Shown here in pieces: positions 17,784-32,383 of a stretch of DNA of 58,278 nucleotides. Under the pieces are notes generated by a model. That model had not been told where the DNA came from. It did no database searches and worked only from the letters and a program-made list of their open reading frames with translations. A program made the translations under genes and the position numbers. Source of the DNA: Thermoanaerobaculia bacterium. Lineage in GTDB: Bacteria; Acidobacteriota; Thermoanaerobaculia; Multivoradales; JAHEKO01. How positions within the stretch are numbered: the stretch's first letter is position 1; every line of letters begins with the position of its first letter. Where the stretch lies: positions 1 to 58,278 of the forward strand of contig JAWWBN010000001.1 of NCBI GenBank assembly GCA_033720955.1. Reading direction: 5' to 3'.

Positions 17784-19394
17784 ATGGAAAATCGAGGCTC
17801 CTTCGTCAGCTCGCACGGCATCGACCGTCACGGTCTCGCGGGCGCGGGCAGGGCGTTCTGGAACCTCTCGCCGGCGGCCCTCTACGAGCACGCCGTGCGC
17901 CGTGGCGAGGCGCAGATCGCGGAGCGCGGCCCCCTGGTCGCGCGCACCGGCCCCCACACCGGCCGCTCGCCCAACGACCGCTTCGTGGTGCGCGAGCCCG
18001 GCAGCGAGCGCGACATCTGGTGGGGCAAGGTCAACGCTCCGTTCGAGCGCGAGGTCTTCGACCGCATCGGCAAGGGAATGAAGCGCTACCTGCAGGAGCG
18101 GGACGTCTACGTGTTCAACGGGTACGCCGGCACCGACCCCGACTACCGTCTGCGGGTGCGGGTGATCACCGAGTACGCGTGGCACAACCTCTTCGCGCGC
18201 AACATGTTCGTGCGCGAGCCCGACGGCCGGGTGCTGGAGAGCCACGAGCCGGACTTCACGGTGATCTCGGCGCCCGGCTTCCAGGCCGATCCGGCGAGCG
18301 ACGGCACCCGCAGCCAGGCCTTCATCCTCCTCGACCTGGGGCAGCGCTGCGTCCTGATCGGCGGCACCGCCTACGCCGGCGAGATCAAGAAGAGCATCTT
18401 CAGCGTGATGAACTACTACCTGCCCAAGCGCGGGGTGCTCACCATGCACTGCAGCGCCAACTACGGCGCCTCGCGCGACGACGTGGCGGTCTTCTTCGGT
18501 CTCTCCGGCACCGGCAAGACGACCCTCTCCGCCGACCCGCAGCGCACCCTGATCGGCGACGACGAGCACGGCTGGTCCGACTCCGGCGTCTTCAACCTGG
18601 AGGGGGGCTGCTACGCCAAGGTCATCCGGTTGAGCGCCGCGGGGGAGCCGGAGATCTACGCCACGACCCGGCGCTTCGGCACCATCCTCGAGAACGTCGT
18701 CGTAGATCCCCACACCCGCCGCCTCGACCTGGACGACGACTCCCTCACCGAGAACACCCGCGCCAGCTATCCCGTGGAGAGCCTGGAGCGGGTGGACGTG
18801 GGGGGACGGGCCGGCCACCCGCGGCAGGTGGTCTTCCTGACCTGCGACGCCTTCGGGGTGCTGCCGCCGATCGCCCGGCTCAGCGAGGCCCAGGCGCTGT
18901 ACCACTTCATCAGCGGCTACACCGCCAAGGTCGCCGGCACCGAGCGCGGGGTCACCGAGCCCACGGCCACCTTCAGCGCCTGCTTCGGGGCGCCGTTCAT
19001 GCCGCTCCACCCCGGCGAGTACGCCCGCATGCTGGGCGAGAGGCTGCGGCGCCACGGCGTCTCCACCTGGCTGATCAACACCGGCTGGACGGGGGGCTCC
19101 CACGGTGCCGGCCACCGCATTCCGCTGGGTGAGACCCGCCGGCTGGTGAGCGCGGCCCTCTCCGGCGAGCTGGACGCCGCGCCGACGCGCACCGATCCCG
19201 TCTTCCGCTTCGAGGTGCCCACGGCGGTGGAAGGGGTGCCACCCGAGATCCTGACGCCCCGCGACACCTGGGCCGACGCCGCCGCCTACGACGAGAAGGC
19301 GGCCCGGCTGGCGGGGATGTTCCGGGAGAACTTCGCGCGGTACGCCGAGGGCACCCCGGACGCGGTCAGGGCGGCCGGCCCGGCCGAGGCGTAG
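17784..19394 (+). CDS. pckA: phosphoenolpyruvate carboxykinase (ATP)
   Basis: 'TGRSPNDRF' and '[11 protein letters not shown]' (kinase-1a) are present, and the protein has PckA-like sequence along its whole 536-aa length. Confidence 0.95.
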   Translation: MENRGSFVSSHGIDRHGLAGAGRAFWNLSPAALYEHAVRRGEAQIAERGPLVARTGPHTGRSPNDRFVVREPGSERDIWWGKVNAPFEREVFDRIGKGMKRYLQERDVYVFNGYAGTDPDYRLRVRVITEYAWHNLFARNMFVREPDGRVLESHEPDFTVISAPGFQADPASDGTRSQAFILLDLGQRCVLIGGTAYAGEIKKSIFSVMNYYLPKRGVLTMHCSANYGASRDDVAVFFGLSGTGKTTLSADPQRTLIGDDEHGWSDSGVFNLEGGCYAKVIRLSAAGEPEIYATTRRFGTILENVVVDPHTRRLDLDDDSLTENTRASYPVESLERVDVGGRAGHPRQVVFLTCDAFGVLPPIARLSEAQALYHFISGYTAKVAGTERGVTEPTATFSACFGAPFMPLHPGEYARMLGERLRRHGVSTWLINTGWTGGSHGAGHRIPLGETRRLVSAALSGELDAAPTRTDPVFRFEVPTAVEGVPPEILTPRDTWADAAAYDEKAARLAGMFRENFARYAEGTPDAVRAAGPAEA

Positions 19395-19452
19395 GCTCTC
19401 TCCGGGGGGGGCGCGCGGGCGGGGGCCGGCCGCGCGGAGGAACCGCCGGCGA

Positions 19453-19656
19453 TCAGTCGGTCAGGACGAAGGTGACCCGCATGTTCACGCGGTAGGCCGT
19501 CACCTCGCCGTCCTCCACGACCACCTTCATCTCGTTCACCCAGGCGCCGGTGATGTTGGTGAGCGTCTGCGAGGCCCGTGCGATGCCGATGCGGATCGCA
19601 TCCTCGAAGCTGCGGGGCGAGCTGGCGGTGATCTCGGAGACCTTGGCTACGGACAT
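19453..19656 (-). CDS. dodecin family flavin-binding protein
   Basis: 67 aa, 'KVSEITASSPRSFEDAIRIGIARASQTL.NI.GAWV.E..V....GE.T.YRV...VTF'. The ATG follows AAAGGAGAG. Confidence 0.85.
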   Translation of the reverse strand: MSVAKVSEITASSPRSFEDAIRIGIARASQTLTNITGAWVNEMKVVVEDGEVTAYRVNMRVTFVLTD

Positions 19657-19767
19657 CTCTTCTCTCCTTTGGGGGGAATGGGAGGTCGGGATCGCGATTC
19701 GGGGATCGGGATGGTAGCACGCGCTCCGGCGCCCGCCCCGGTCGCAGCGAGCCCCGCCCGCGGTCCC

Positions 19768-22293
19768 CTACCGGCCGGTCGAGACCCTGGGCAGCCTGCC
19801 GGTGGCCAGCGGCTCGGGGGGCGACAGGAAGCGTCCCTGGGCGTAGTTCACCCCCAGCTCGCGCAGCGCCTCGAGGGTGGCCTGGTCCTCGACCGCCTCG
19901 GCGATGGTCAGGAGGCCCAGGACCTGTCCCACCTCGTGGATGGAGGTCACCAGGGCCGCCTGCACCGGGTCGGCCACCATGTTGCGCACGAACTCGCCGT
20001 CGATCTTCAGGTAGTCCACGGGCAGGTTCTGGAGATAGGAGAACGAGGAGAGCCCCTTGCCGAAGTCGTCCAGGACGAACCGGCAGCCCCTCCCCTTCAG
20101 CACCGAGATGAAGCGGATGGCGTTGGGGAGGTCGGCGATGGCGGCGGTCTCGGTGATCTCGAACTGGATCCGCGCCGGCTCCACCCCGCTCGTCTCGAGC
20201 GACTCCACCACGAAGTCGAGGAACTCGCTCTCGCTCAGGCTCTGGCCGGAGACGTTGATGCCGAAGCGCTGGTCGGGCCGCGGCGGGCGGCCGCTGCGGC
20301 CGGCCAGATGCTCCAGCGCCGAGCCGACCATCCAGCGGTCGATCGAGCTGATCATGCCGTACTTCTCGGCCGCGGGGACGAAAGCGTGCGGCTCCACGAT
20401 CTCCCCCGACGGCTCCACCAGCCGCACCAGCAGCTCGTGCAGCGGCTCCTCCTCCCCGTCGGCCAGGGGCACGATGCGCTGCCGGAAGATGGTCAGCCGA
20501 TCCTCGTCGAAGGCGGTGTGGAGCCGGGTGATCCACTGCATCTGGCCGTGGTGCTCGGCGACGGTGGTGTCGCCCGGCTGGTAGGCGTGGATCCGGTTGC
20601 CGCCCTGCTCGCGGGCGACGTAGCAGGCGGCGTCCGCCGCGCTCACCACGCTGGAGAGGTCCCGGCTCTCGGCGGTCAGTGGAACCAGGCCGGCGGAGAA
20701 ACTCAGCGGGTAGACCCGGCCCTGCCAGGAGAAGCGGTGCTCGGCGACCCGGTCGAGCACCCGCTGGACGGTGGCGCGGGCGGCCTCCGGCTCGCGGTCC
20801 CAGAGCAGCACCCCGAAGTCGTCGCCCACCAGCCGGGCCACCAGGTCGTGCTCCTCGAGACAGGGCGGGATCAGGGCCGCCACCTGGCGGATGAGCTGGT
20901 CGCCGGCGCTGGGACCGTTGGCGTCGTTGATCACCTTGAAGCGGTCGAGGTCGAGGTGGGCCAGGGCGTGCACTCGCTCTTCGGTCTGGGCGCTCTCCAG
21001 CGCCTCGGCCAGGCGGGCCTCGAACTCCCGCCGGTTGATCAGGCCGGTCAGCGGGTCGTGGGTGGCCAGGTGGGCGATCTGCCGCTGGACGCGGCGCAGG
21101 GCCGAGAGGTCCTTGAACACCAGGATGGCACCGATCAGGGAGCCGTCGCGGCTGCGGATGGGCGCCGCCGAGTCGTGGACCGCGAAGCGCTTGCCGTCCC
21201 GCCGTACCAGGCTCCGGTCGCCCGGGTAGACGATGGACTGGCGCTCGGAGAGACAGCGGCGCACCGGGTCGAGCGACTGCTGACCGGTGTCCTCGGAGAC
21301 CACCTTGTAGACCTCGTCCACCGGCCGTCCGTAGGCCTCGGCCAGGGTCCACCCCGTGAGCCGCTGGGCGACGGGGTTCAGGTAGTCGATCGACCCCTCG
21401 GCGTCGGTGCGGATCACCCCGTCGGCGATGGAGGCCAGGGTCACCTGGGCACGCTCCTTCTCCTGGAAGAGGGCCTCCTCGGCGATCTTGCGCTCGGTGA
21501 CGTCGTGGGCGGCGCCGATCACCTTGGTCGTCCACCCTTCGGCGTTGCGGACCGCGAGTCCCTTCTCGGCGATCCAGCGGATGCTGCCGTTGGGCAGCAC
21601 GCAGCGGATCTCCACGGCGAGGCTGCCGTCGCGAGCCAGGGCGCGTCGCAGGGCGCGCTCGAGCCGCTGCTGGTCGTCCGGGTGGACGAAGCGGCGGAAG
21701 TTGGCCCCGGTGCGGATGATGCGGCGCACGGCGAAGCCGAAGATCTCGTCGGCGTAGTCGGAGATGCGCAGCTCGTCGGTCTCCGGGACCCACTCCCAGG
21801 CCACCGACTGCGCCGCGCGCTGCGCCAGCTTCAGCCGGCTGTCCACCTCGAGCGCCGACAGCTCGGCCAGCTTGCGCTCGGTGATGTCGAAGCCGGTGCC
21901 CGCCGCCGCCCGCCGGCCGTCGTCGAGCCGGAGCTGGCTGATGGCGAGGTCCAGCCAGCGCGTCTCGCCGTCCTTGCGCACGATCTGGAGCTCGAGCCGG
22001 CGGCCGGGCCGCGCCTCGTCCCACCTATCGCCCAGGAGGTCGTGATGCCGCGGGTGGACGAGCTCCCAGAGCGACATCTGGGCGAGCTCCGCGGCGGAGT
22101 ACCCCGACACCTCCCGCCACCCGCGGTTGACGTAGAGGAAGCGGTCGCGGAAGAGGAAGATCGCGGTCGAGGTGGTCTCGGCGAGAGCGCGAAACCACTC
22201 TTGCGGCTCGGCGGTGGGGGGGCTCGCTCCCGGCGGCTTCAAACCGCGGGCATTATAGTGGCGCGCCGGCGGGCTCTCTGTGGTGCCGCCCAC
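19768..22293 (-). CDS. multi-PAS GGDEF-EAL signalling protein (likely c-di-GMP phosphodiesterase with a degenerate GGDEF)
   Basis: PAS/PAC repeats. The GGDEF domain reads '[11 protein letters not shown]' rather than GG[DE]EF. The EAL domain shows 'HELLVRL', 'FEITETA', 'VLDDFGKG', 'YLKIDG' and 'AEAVED...QG'. The start is uncertain: GTG at 22293 lies only 23 nt from the divergent UDG start. Confidence 0.85.
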   Translation of the reverse strand: MGGTTESPPARHYNARGLKPPGASPPTAEPQEWFRALAETTSTAIFLFRDRFLYVNRGWREVSGYSAAELAQMSLWELVHPRHHDLLGDRWDEARPGRRLELQIVRKDGETRWLDLAISQLRLDDGRRAAAGTGFDITERKLAELSALEVDSRLKLAQRAAQSVAWEWVPETDELRISDYADEIFGFAVRRIIRTGANFRRFVHPDDQQRLERALRRALARDGSLAVEIRCVLPNGSIRWIAEKGLAVRNAEGWTTKVIGAAHDVTERKIAEEALFQEKERAQVTLASIADGVIRTDAEGSIDYLNPVAQRLTGWTLAEAYGRPVDEVYKVVSEDTGQQSLDPVRRCLSERQSIVYPGDRSLVRRDGKRFAVHDSAAPIRSRDGSLIGAILVFKDLSALRRVQRQIAHLATHDPLTGLINRREFEARLAEALESAQTEERVHALAHLDLDRFKVINDANGPSAGDQLIRQVAALIPPCLEEHDLVARLVGDDFGVLLWDREPEAARATVQRVLDRVAEHRFSWQGRVYPLSFSAGLVPLTAESRDLSSVVSAADAACYVAREQGGNRIHAYQPGDTTVAEHHGQMQWITRLHTAFDEDRLTIFRQRIVPLADGEEEPLHELLVRLVEPSGEIVEPHAFVPAAEKYGMISSIDRWMVGSALEHLAGRSGRPPRPDQRFGINVSGQSLSESEFLDFVVESLETSGVEPARIQFEITETAAIADLPNAIRFISVLKGRGCRFVLDDFGKGLSSFSYLQNLPVDYLKIDGEFVRNMVADPVQAALVTSIHEVGQVLGLLTIAEAVEDQATLEALRELGVNYAQGRFLSPPEPLATGRLPRVSTGR

Positions 22294-22316
22294 ATCCCGG
22301 ACCCGGCGCCGCGGTC

Positions 22317-23039
22317 ATGCCCTCCACCCCCATCCGGATCTCCCGCCGTCTCTCGGAGGCCCTGACCGGCCTGGTCTTCGGCCCGCCGGTGCGCCACGTC
22401 TACGACCCGCTCGTCTACGCCCGCGCGCCGCACGAGCTCTACCTGGCCCGCTGGGCCGGGACGCCGCGCGAGGTGGTCTTCCTGGGGATGAACCCGGGTC
22501 CGTGGGGCATGGCCCAGACCGGGGTCCCCTTCGGCGAGGTGGAGCTGGTGCGGGGGTGGGTGGGGGTCGAGGCGCCGGTCGGCCGGCCGCCCGGCGAGCA
22601 TCCGAAGCGCCCAATCCTGGGCTTCGACTGTCCGCGCAGCGAGGTCAGCGGACGCCGTCTCTGGGGTTGGGCCCGCGACCGCTTCGGCACCCCGGAGCGC
22701 TTCTTCGCCCGCTTCTTCGTGGCCAACTACTGCCCCCTGCTGTTCCTGGAGGAGAGCGGCCGGAACCGGACTCCCGACCGACTGCCGGCGGCGGAGCGGC
22801 GGCCGCTGCTCGAGCAGTGCGACGAGGCGCTGCGGGAGCTGATGCGGCACCTGCGGCCGCGCCTGGTGGTCGGGGTGGGGGCGTGGGCCGAGAGCCGCGC
22901 CCGAGAGGCCCTGGACGGCTCGGGGATCCGGGTGGGCCGCGTCCTCCACCCCAGCCCGGCCAGCCCGGCGGCGAATCGCGGCTGGCGGCGGCGCGCCGAG
23001 ACCGAGCTGGCCGCGCTCGGCGTCGAGCTCCCCGCGTAG
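22317..23039 (+). CDS. SMUG1-type (family 3) uracil-DNA glycosylase
   Basis: '[18 protein letters not shown]' and '[13 protein letters not shown]' are motifs of single-strand-selective monofunctional UDG. Confidence 0.8.
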   Translation: MPSTPIRISRRLSEALTGLVFGPPVRHVYDPLVYARAPHELYLARWAGTPREVVFLGMNPGPWGMAQTGVPFGEVELVRGWVGVEAPVGRPPGEHPKRPILGFDCPRSEVSGRRLWGWARDRFGTPERFFARFFVANYCPLLFLEESGRNRTPDRLPAAERRPLLEQCDEALRELMRHLRPRLVVGVGAWAESRAREALDGSGIRVGRVLHPSPASPAANRGWRRRAETELAALGVELPA

Positions 23040-23155
23040 GAGCACGGTCCGCCCCACCCGGGGGTGGGAGCCGGGGCAGCCCGACGACGGGGCGTGACGG
23101 CGCGACCGCTCCGGTAGGATGCCGGCGGGGTCCGGCCCGCCCGACCAGAGGAGAG

Positions 23156-25081
<1,926 letters not shown>

Positions 25082-25102
25082 GAGCCGAGGCAGAATCACC
25101 CC

Positions 25103-25579
25103 ATGGCGAGCCGCCGGCTGAGGCGTATCGGCGGGACCCCGATCGAAGAGGCGCCCCTTTGGGTGCTGTCGATTCTCTTTCTTCTGCTGTGGCTGATCGC
25201 CTTCCCGGCGCTCGTGGGGCTCGCCAACGGAGTCGGCCTCGTGCGGGGCGGTGTCGCGACTCTGGCGGCGGCGGCGGCGGTCGTCTCGTTCCTGCTCGTC
25301 CTCGGGCTCGCCCGTCTTCCCCGGTGGCGGCGCAAGCCGGCGCTCGGGGGCGGCAAGCCCCTCTTCGCGCGCTTCTCCACCTGGTTGGTGACGGCGCTGC
25401 TCGTTCCCAACGTCCTCCATGGCGTGCTGGTGCTCGCGACCGGCGGCGAGCCGTTCGACTACGCGACGACGTGGCTCATCGGGCTCCTGGTCTCGGCGAT
25501 CCACGCCCTGGGGGCCCTCCTCCACGGGCTCCGAGGCCGTCGGTCTGCGCCGAATGGGCCCTCCGGACCCCAGGGGTGA
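25103..25579 (+). CDS. hypothetical small membrane protein (about 4 TM)
   Basis: Four hydrophobic segments. It starts 21 nt after the acs stop. GC3 is high. I recognise no family. Confidence 0.6.
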   Translation: MASRRLRRIGGTPIEEAPLWVLSILFLLLWLIAFPALVGLANGVGLVRGGVATLAAAAAVVSFLLVLGLARLPRWRRKPALGGGKPLFARFSTWLVTALLVPNVLHGVLVLATGGEPFDYATTWLIGLLVSAIHALGALLHGLRGRRSAPNGPSGPQG

Positions 25580-25636
25580 CCCCGGCCCTCCGGCGAGGCC
25601 GCCTCGGCCCTTCTCGAACGGCTGGCCGAGGGGGAG

Positions 25637-26227
25637 CTACTCCCGCAGCGTGGTCGTGCGGCCCGCCTCGACGGTTGCCGCCTCGGCCAGCACGACGGTG
25701 CGGTTCTGCTCGACCGTCAGCTCGACGCGGTACGACCCGGGCAGGAGCGCCAGAGCCGAGCCGAGCGTCGGCGGGTTCAGCGCCACCATCCGCTCGTCCC
25801 CCAGGTAGGGCGCCCAGAAGGAGGCGCGCGTCCCCTCGACGATCAGGGTCCCGGTGCGGAGGACGATCTTCTCGCCCGACCGAACGGTCACCCGGCGCTC
25901 CGTGTTGTTGACGCGCACCCGGTAGGTGCCGGGCGCCACCGCCACGGCGTTGCCGAGAACAGGGGGGTTGCCCGGAAAGGCCCTCGTGCCGTCGTCGTGC
26001 ACGACGTCGAACCAGTCTCTGGTGTCGCCGAGCACCTCGACCGCACCGCCGGAGGGGTCGTTCCACGGCTGGACGGTGACCTCCCGCCGGGACGCCTCGA
26101 GCTCCTCCGTCGCCGCCGGCTCCGGCGGAGAGCCCGTCTTCTCGACCGGGGCGGGCGAGCCGTCGCAGGCCGCGACCCCGAGGCAGGCGATCATCAGGAC
26201 GGCCGGACGCCAGCTCCATCTCGTCAT
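25637..26227 (-). CDS. hypothetical lipoprotein with two PEGA-like beta modules
   Basis: Signal peptide and lipobox 'LMIACLGVAAC'. Repeated 'PG[TS]YRV.V....R.V' modules. The ATG follows GGGAGG. Confidence 0.65.
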   Translation of the reverse strand: MTRWSWRPAVLMIACLGVAACDGSPAPVEKTGSPPEPAATEELEASRREVTVQPWNDPSGGAVEVLGDTRDWFDVVHDDGTRAFPGNPPVLGNAVAVAPGTYRVRVNNTERRVTVRSGEKIVLRTGTLIVEGTRASFWAPYLGDERMVALNPPTLGSALALLPGSYRVELTVEQNRTVVLAEAATVEAGRTTTLRE

Positions 26228-26462
26228 CTCGACGCCTCCCTGCCGCTCGCGCCGGGGCGTGGGCCCACGGGTCGCGGCGAAGAAGAGAGTACTCCTCCCG
26301 GCCCGGGGACCGCCATAGATTTCCGCGGGGCGGAGCGGAGGGAAGGATGGCCTCCGGGCCCGCCCGCGGCTCGGCCCGGGGACCGGACCGTCGAGGTCAC
26401 GTAGAAGGTCTGGGCTCCGAGCCCGTCCCGCAGGGCCACGGCCACGCTCACCGCGCCTCGCT

Positions 26463-28073
26463 CTACCGCCCGAGCGCTCGGCCGTTGAGCGGCGGCGTGG
26501 TGGCGCCCAGCAGCTCTCCGGTCTCGGGGTCCATCGCCACGCCGATCCAGTAGCCCAGGCTCTCGAAGTCGCGGCGCGAGAGCTCGTCGATCTCGATGCC
26601 GCGGGCCCGCACCTCGTCCAGGACGTCGGAGGGAAAGTCGCCGATCGTGACCAGCGACGGACCGATGCCGCCCTCCGGAAGGCGGCGGGGGGCCCGGAAG
26701 AGCGCCGTGTCCACCGCCTGCTTCGGGCTCATCCCATAGGCCAGGATGTTCACCAGGCTCTGCACGGTGGCTTCCATGAGGCCGCGGCCGATGGCGCTCG
26801 ACGCCAGCACCGGCCGTTTCTTCTGGGTGACGATCATCGGGTTGGTGCCGGTCCAGATCCGCTGGCCCGGGCCCGCGGCCGCCACTCGGCGCTGCTGCTG
26901 GGCGGCGGCGTCGGGGATCGAGACGCCGTCCACGAAGATCCCCGTCAGGCCCCAGGCTGAGGTGTTGATGCTGTGCAGCAGCGCCACCACGTTGCCCTCG
27001 TCGTCCACGGCGATCACGCCGTCGGAGTGCAGGGGCGGCACCAGGCCGTAGGCGTCGCGAGTGGCCGAGAGCAGGGCGAAGAGGGCGTCGGCCGACTCGG
27101 TGTAGTGGCCCAGCGTCGCGAGGTTCACGCCGCGCAGGTTGCGAAAGACCCGCGCGGCGATCCTACCGCCCATGCCGGGCGACCGCGGGGCCTGGATCTT
27201 GTAGTCATCGAAGCGGGCCTTGCCGGGGCGCTTCCAGATTGGACGGTAGGCCGCGAGGTCGTCCATGGTCATCTTGCCGCCGTCGGCCTGGATCGCGGCC
27301 ACAAGCTTCTCGCCCCAGGCGCCGGTGTACATCTCGTCGGCCCCGTTGCGGGCTGCCCGGCGCAGCGTCTGCGCCAAACTAGGCTGTCGGAAGAGGTCCC
27401 CGGTCTGGTAGGGGGCGCCGTCGGGCCGGGTGAAGATAGCCCGGGTCTCCGGCAGCCGGCTCAGGACCCCCCAGCGGAAGGAGATGGTAGCGGCCAGATC
27501 GGCGTCCAGGGGGAAGCCTTCCTCGGCGAAGTAGATGGCCGGGACGAAGAGCTCCGCCCAGGGCAGGCGTCCATGGCGCTGGTGCGCCGCTTCGGCCGCG
27601 GCCATGAAGCCCGGGACCAGGGCGGTGCGGCCGCTGGGCGCGGCCGACGGAATCGACAGCGGATCGTCCTCGCCCAGCACCGTGTTGAACTCGCCGTTGA
27701 GGTAGTCCAGCTTGCGGGTATCCGCGTCGTAGTGCACCAGGGAGAGGATGCCGGCGAAGCTCACCCAACTGCCGGCGGCCAGGGTGATCTGCGCGAACGC
27801 GGTAGCGAGCGCCGCGTCGACCGCGCTGCCGCCCTGCTCGAGGGCGGCGAGCCCGGCGCGGACCGCCAGCGAGCCCGTCGTGCCGACGATCATCCCCTCG
27901 CGGCCGCTGGCCTCCGGCTTGACGCCTCCGAGCTCCTGGTTGAGCCGGGTGTAGAGCTCCAGCTCCCCCGGGGGCCAGGAGGCGGGGGAGAGATCGACCG
28001 CTGGGCTCGCCCGGAGCGGGGTCGCCGCCGGGAGCAGCAGCGGAATGACCAGCAGAGCGATGAGGCGTCGCAC
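26463..28073 (-). CDS. gamma-glutamyltransferase family protein
   Basis: 'GGSAVDAALATAFA' and 'DDEGNVVALLHSINTSAWG' are GGT-like. I prefer the GTG start at 28073 (VRRLIALLVIPLLLPAATPLRA signal peptide). TTG 28091 or ATG 28166 are possible, but ATG 28166 would overlap the suf promoter. Confidence 0.8.
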   Translation of the reverse strand: MRRLIALLVIPLLLPAATPLRASPAVDLSPASWPPGELELYTRLNQELGGVKPEASGREGMIVGTTGSLAVRAGLAALEQGGSAVDAALATAFAQITLAAGSWVSFAGILSLVHYDADTRKLDYLNGEFNTVLGEDDPLSIPSAAPSGRTALVPGFMAAAEAAHQRHGRLPWAELFVPAIYFAEEGFPLDADLAATISFRWGVLSRLPETRAIFTRPDGAPYQTGDLFRQPSLAQTLRRAARNGADEMYTGAWGEKLVAAIQADGGKMTMDDLAAYRPIWKRPGKARFDDYKIQAPRSPGMGGRIAARVFRNLRGVNLATLGHYTESADALFALLSATRDAYGLVPPLHSDGVIAVDDEGNVVALLHSINTSAWGLTGIFVDGVSIPDAAAQQQRRVAAAGPGQRIWTGTNPMIVTQKKRPVLASSAIGRGLMEATVQSLVNILAYGMSPKQAVDTALFRAPRRLPEGGIGPSLVTIGDFPSDVLDEVRARGIEIDELSRRDFESLGYWIGVAMDPETGELLGATTPPLNGRALGR

Positions 28074-28118
28074 CGTGGCGAACCGTAGCAAGTTCCCTGC
28101 CGTCCCCTGCCGTCCGGC

Positions 28119-28147
28119 TTGACTTCGCCGATCCGGTTTCCTACCAT
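28119..28147 (+). promoter_or_regulatory. sigma70-like promoter of the Rrf2-suf operon
   Basis: TTGACT (28119..28124), exactly 17 nt of spacer, then TACCAT (28142..28147). The predicted TSS is near 28154. Confidence 0.5.
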
Positions 28148-28154
28148 CAGGGTG

Positions 28155-28179
28155 AAAGAGGACCAAAACGGTCCTCTTT
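28155..28179. promoter_or_regulatory. perfect 10-5-10 palindrome (candidate Rrf2 operator or 5' stem-loop)
   Basis: AAAGAGGACC-AAAAC-GGTCCTCTTT. It starts at the predicted TSS and ends 9 nt before the ATG at 28189. Confidence 0.45.
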
Positions 28180-28188
28180 CCTCACGCC

Positions 28189-28653
28189 ATGATCCGGATG
28201 ACCAAACAGGCCGACTACGGCATCGTGCTGCTCACGCGCATGGCGCCGGAGCCGGCGCGGCTCTTCACCGCCGCCGAGCTGGCGGAGGAGACCCAGCTTC
28301 CCCAGCCCACGGCCAGCAAGATCCTGAAGCTGCTGGCGCGCGGCGGCCTGCTGCTCTCCCAGCGGGGCGTCCACGGTGGCTACAGCCTGAGCCGCGCGCC
28401 GGAGGAGATCTCGGTCGCCGAGGTGATCGGGGCGCTGGACGGCCCCATCGCGATCACCGAGTGCATCGACGACGGCCCGGGTGAGTGCTCGCACGAGCGG
28501 CTCTGCCCGGTGCGTGGCAACTGGCAGCGGATCAACCTGGCCATCCGTCGCGCTCTCGAGGGAATCTCCCTCGCCGAGATGAGCCATCCGCTGCCGCGCT
28601 CGCTGGTCACCCTGGGAGGTGGCCGCGAGACGCATCCGGCCAGCGCCCGCTGA
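28189..28653 (+). CDS. Rrf2 family transcriptional regulator (IscR/SUF-regulator-like, Fe-S ligand cysteines present)
   Basis: '[12 protein letters not shown]' is a wHTH start. '[20 protein letters not shown]' provides three Cys as cluster ligands. The true start may be the second ATG at 28198. Confidence 0.9.
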   Translation: MIRMTKQADYGIVLLTRMAPEPARLFTAAELAEETQLPQPTASKILKLLARGGLLLSQRGVHGGYSLSRAPEEISVAEVIGALDGPIAITECIDDGPGECSHERLCPVRGNWQRINLAIRRALEGISLAEMSHPLPRSLVTLGGGRETHPASAR

Positions 28654-28702
28654 CGATCTAGAAGAAGCTACGCGAACCCCTTTTCTCGAGAGGTCGATCC
28701 GA

Positions 28703-30148
<1,446 letters not shown>

Positions 30149-30185
30149 CGCCGGCGGCCCCGCTCGTTCCAGAACGAACCCCAGC

Positions 30186-30202
30186 GGCGAGGTTTCCTCG
30201 CC
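30186..30202 (+). other. intra-operon hairpin between sufB and sufC
   Basis: GGCGAGG-ttt-CCTCGCC is a perfect 7-bp stem within the 88-nt sufB-sufC spacer. Confidence 0.3.
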
Positions 30203-30236
30203 GGTCAACGATCGGATTCGAAGAGAGAGACAGAAG

Positions 30237-31013
<777 letters not shown>

Positions 31014-31026
31014 GGGGAGAGCGATC

Positions 31027-32373
31027 ATGACGACGACCCTCGAGACGAAGACCGGCGCGTCGCTCCTGGAGCGGCGGCTGGCGAGCGCCATCGACCGCAT
31101 CTCCCCCGCCGGCGAGTCGGAGCGGCTGGCCGGCCTGCGTCGCGCCGCCGCGGCGCGCTACGACTCGCTCGGCGTGCCCACCACCCGGCACGAGGAGTGG
31201 CGGTTCACCAACCTGAAGCCCATCGCCGACACCGACTTCGCGGCGCCGTCGCCGGCGAAGCCGATGGACCCGGCGACGATCGAGCCCTACGCCTATTCGG
31301 GCTGCACGCAGCTCGTCTTCCGCAACGGACGGCTGGACCCCGAGCTCTCGAAGGTGGAGGAGCTGCCCGAGGGAGTGGTGGTCGAAAGCCTGGCGAGCGC
31401 CCGCCGGACGCGTCCCGAGCTGCTGGACGCCTACCTGGGCAACCACGCCAGCTTCGAGCAGCACCCCTTCGTGGCGCTCAACACCGCCCTGTGGCAGGAC
31501 GGTCCGCTGCTGCTGATCCCCCGCGGCGTGATCGTCGAGAAGCCGATCAACCTGATCTTCCTGGGCGAGCCGGAGGAGCGGCCCGTCGCCTTCTTCCCGC
31601 GTCTGCTGATCGTCGCCGAGGAGTCCAGCCAGGCGACGGTGCTGGAGCAGTACGCCACGGTGGGCGAGGGGGCCTACCTGACCTCGCCCGTCACCGAGGT
31701 GCTGCTGCACGACAACGCGGTGGTGGACCACTACAAGCTGCAGCGAGAGTCCATCGAGGCGTACCACCTGGCCACCTTCCAGCTCTGGCAGAGCCGCGAC
31801 GCCAACTTCACCTCGCACTCGATCTCCTGGGGCGGCGCCATCGTGCGCAACGACGTCAACGCGGTGCTCGACGGCGAGGGGGGCGAGGCGACCCTCAACG
31901 GCCTCTACATGGTGGAGGGCACCCAGCTCGTGGACAACCACATGCGGGTCGAGCACGCCAAGCCCCACTGCGACAGCCACGAGCTCTTCAAGGGCATCCT
32001 GGAGGGCCGCGCGCGCGCCGTCTTCAACGGCCGGATCTACGTCCACGAGGGGGCGCAGAAGACCGACGCCAAGCAGACCAACCGCAACCTGCTGCTCTCC
32101 GACAAGGCGGTCTGCAACTCCAACCCGCAGCTCGAGATCTTCGCCGACGACGTCAGGTGCACCCACGGCTCCACCGTCGGACAGCTCGACGAGACGGCGA
32201 TCTTCTACCTGCGCTCCCGGGGCATCGGAGAGGTCGCGGCCAAGAGCCTGCTGACCTACGCCTTCGCCGCCGACATCGTGACGCGGATCAGGATGCCCGC
32301 GGTGCGCGCCGAGCTCGAGGAGTTCCTCTTCCGGCGTCTGCCGCGCGGCGAGGTCGTGCGCCAGGCGGTCTGA
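31027..32373 (+). CDS. sufD: Fe-S cluster assembly protein SufD
   Basis: SufB/SufD beta-helix family. It has the expected position in the operon. Confidence 0.9.
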   Translation: MTTTLETKTGASLLERRLASAIDRISPAGESERLAGLRRAAAARYDSLGVPTTRHEEWRFTNLKPIADTDFAAPSPAKPMDPATIEPYAYSGCTQLVFRNGRLDPELSKVEELPEGVVVESLASARRTRPELLDAYLGNHASFEQHPFVALNTALWQDGPLLLIPRGVIVEKPINLIFLGEPEERPVAFFPRLLIVAEESSQATVLEQYATVGEGAYLTSPVTEVLLHDNAVVDHYKLQRESIEAYHLATFQLWQSRDANFTSHSISWGGAIVRNDVNAVLDGEGGEATLNGLYMVEGTQLVDNHMRVEHAKPHCDSHELFKGILEGRARAVFNGRIYVHEGAQKTDAKQTNRNLLLSDKAVCNSNPQLEIFADDVRCTHGSTVGQLDETAIFYLRSRGIGEVAAKSLLTYAFAADIVTRIRMPAVRAELEEFLFRRLPRGEVVRQAV

Positions 32374-32383
32374 CGGGCCGAGG

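Noticed and set aside
26299-26385. A 14-nt direct repeat CGGCCCGGGGACCG (26299..26312 and 26372..26385) in the 235-bp spacer between the GGT gene and the lipoprotein gene. The CCGGAC/GGACCG-type strings also recur at 7364..7377 and 38540..38568.
   Set aside because: The repeat is short, present in only two copies, and built from G/C-rich words that are frequent in this genome. I cannot compute the expected chance frequency here. A genome-wide count of the 14-mer would settle it.
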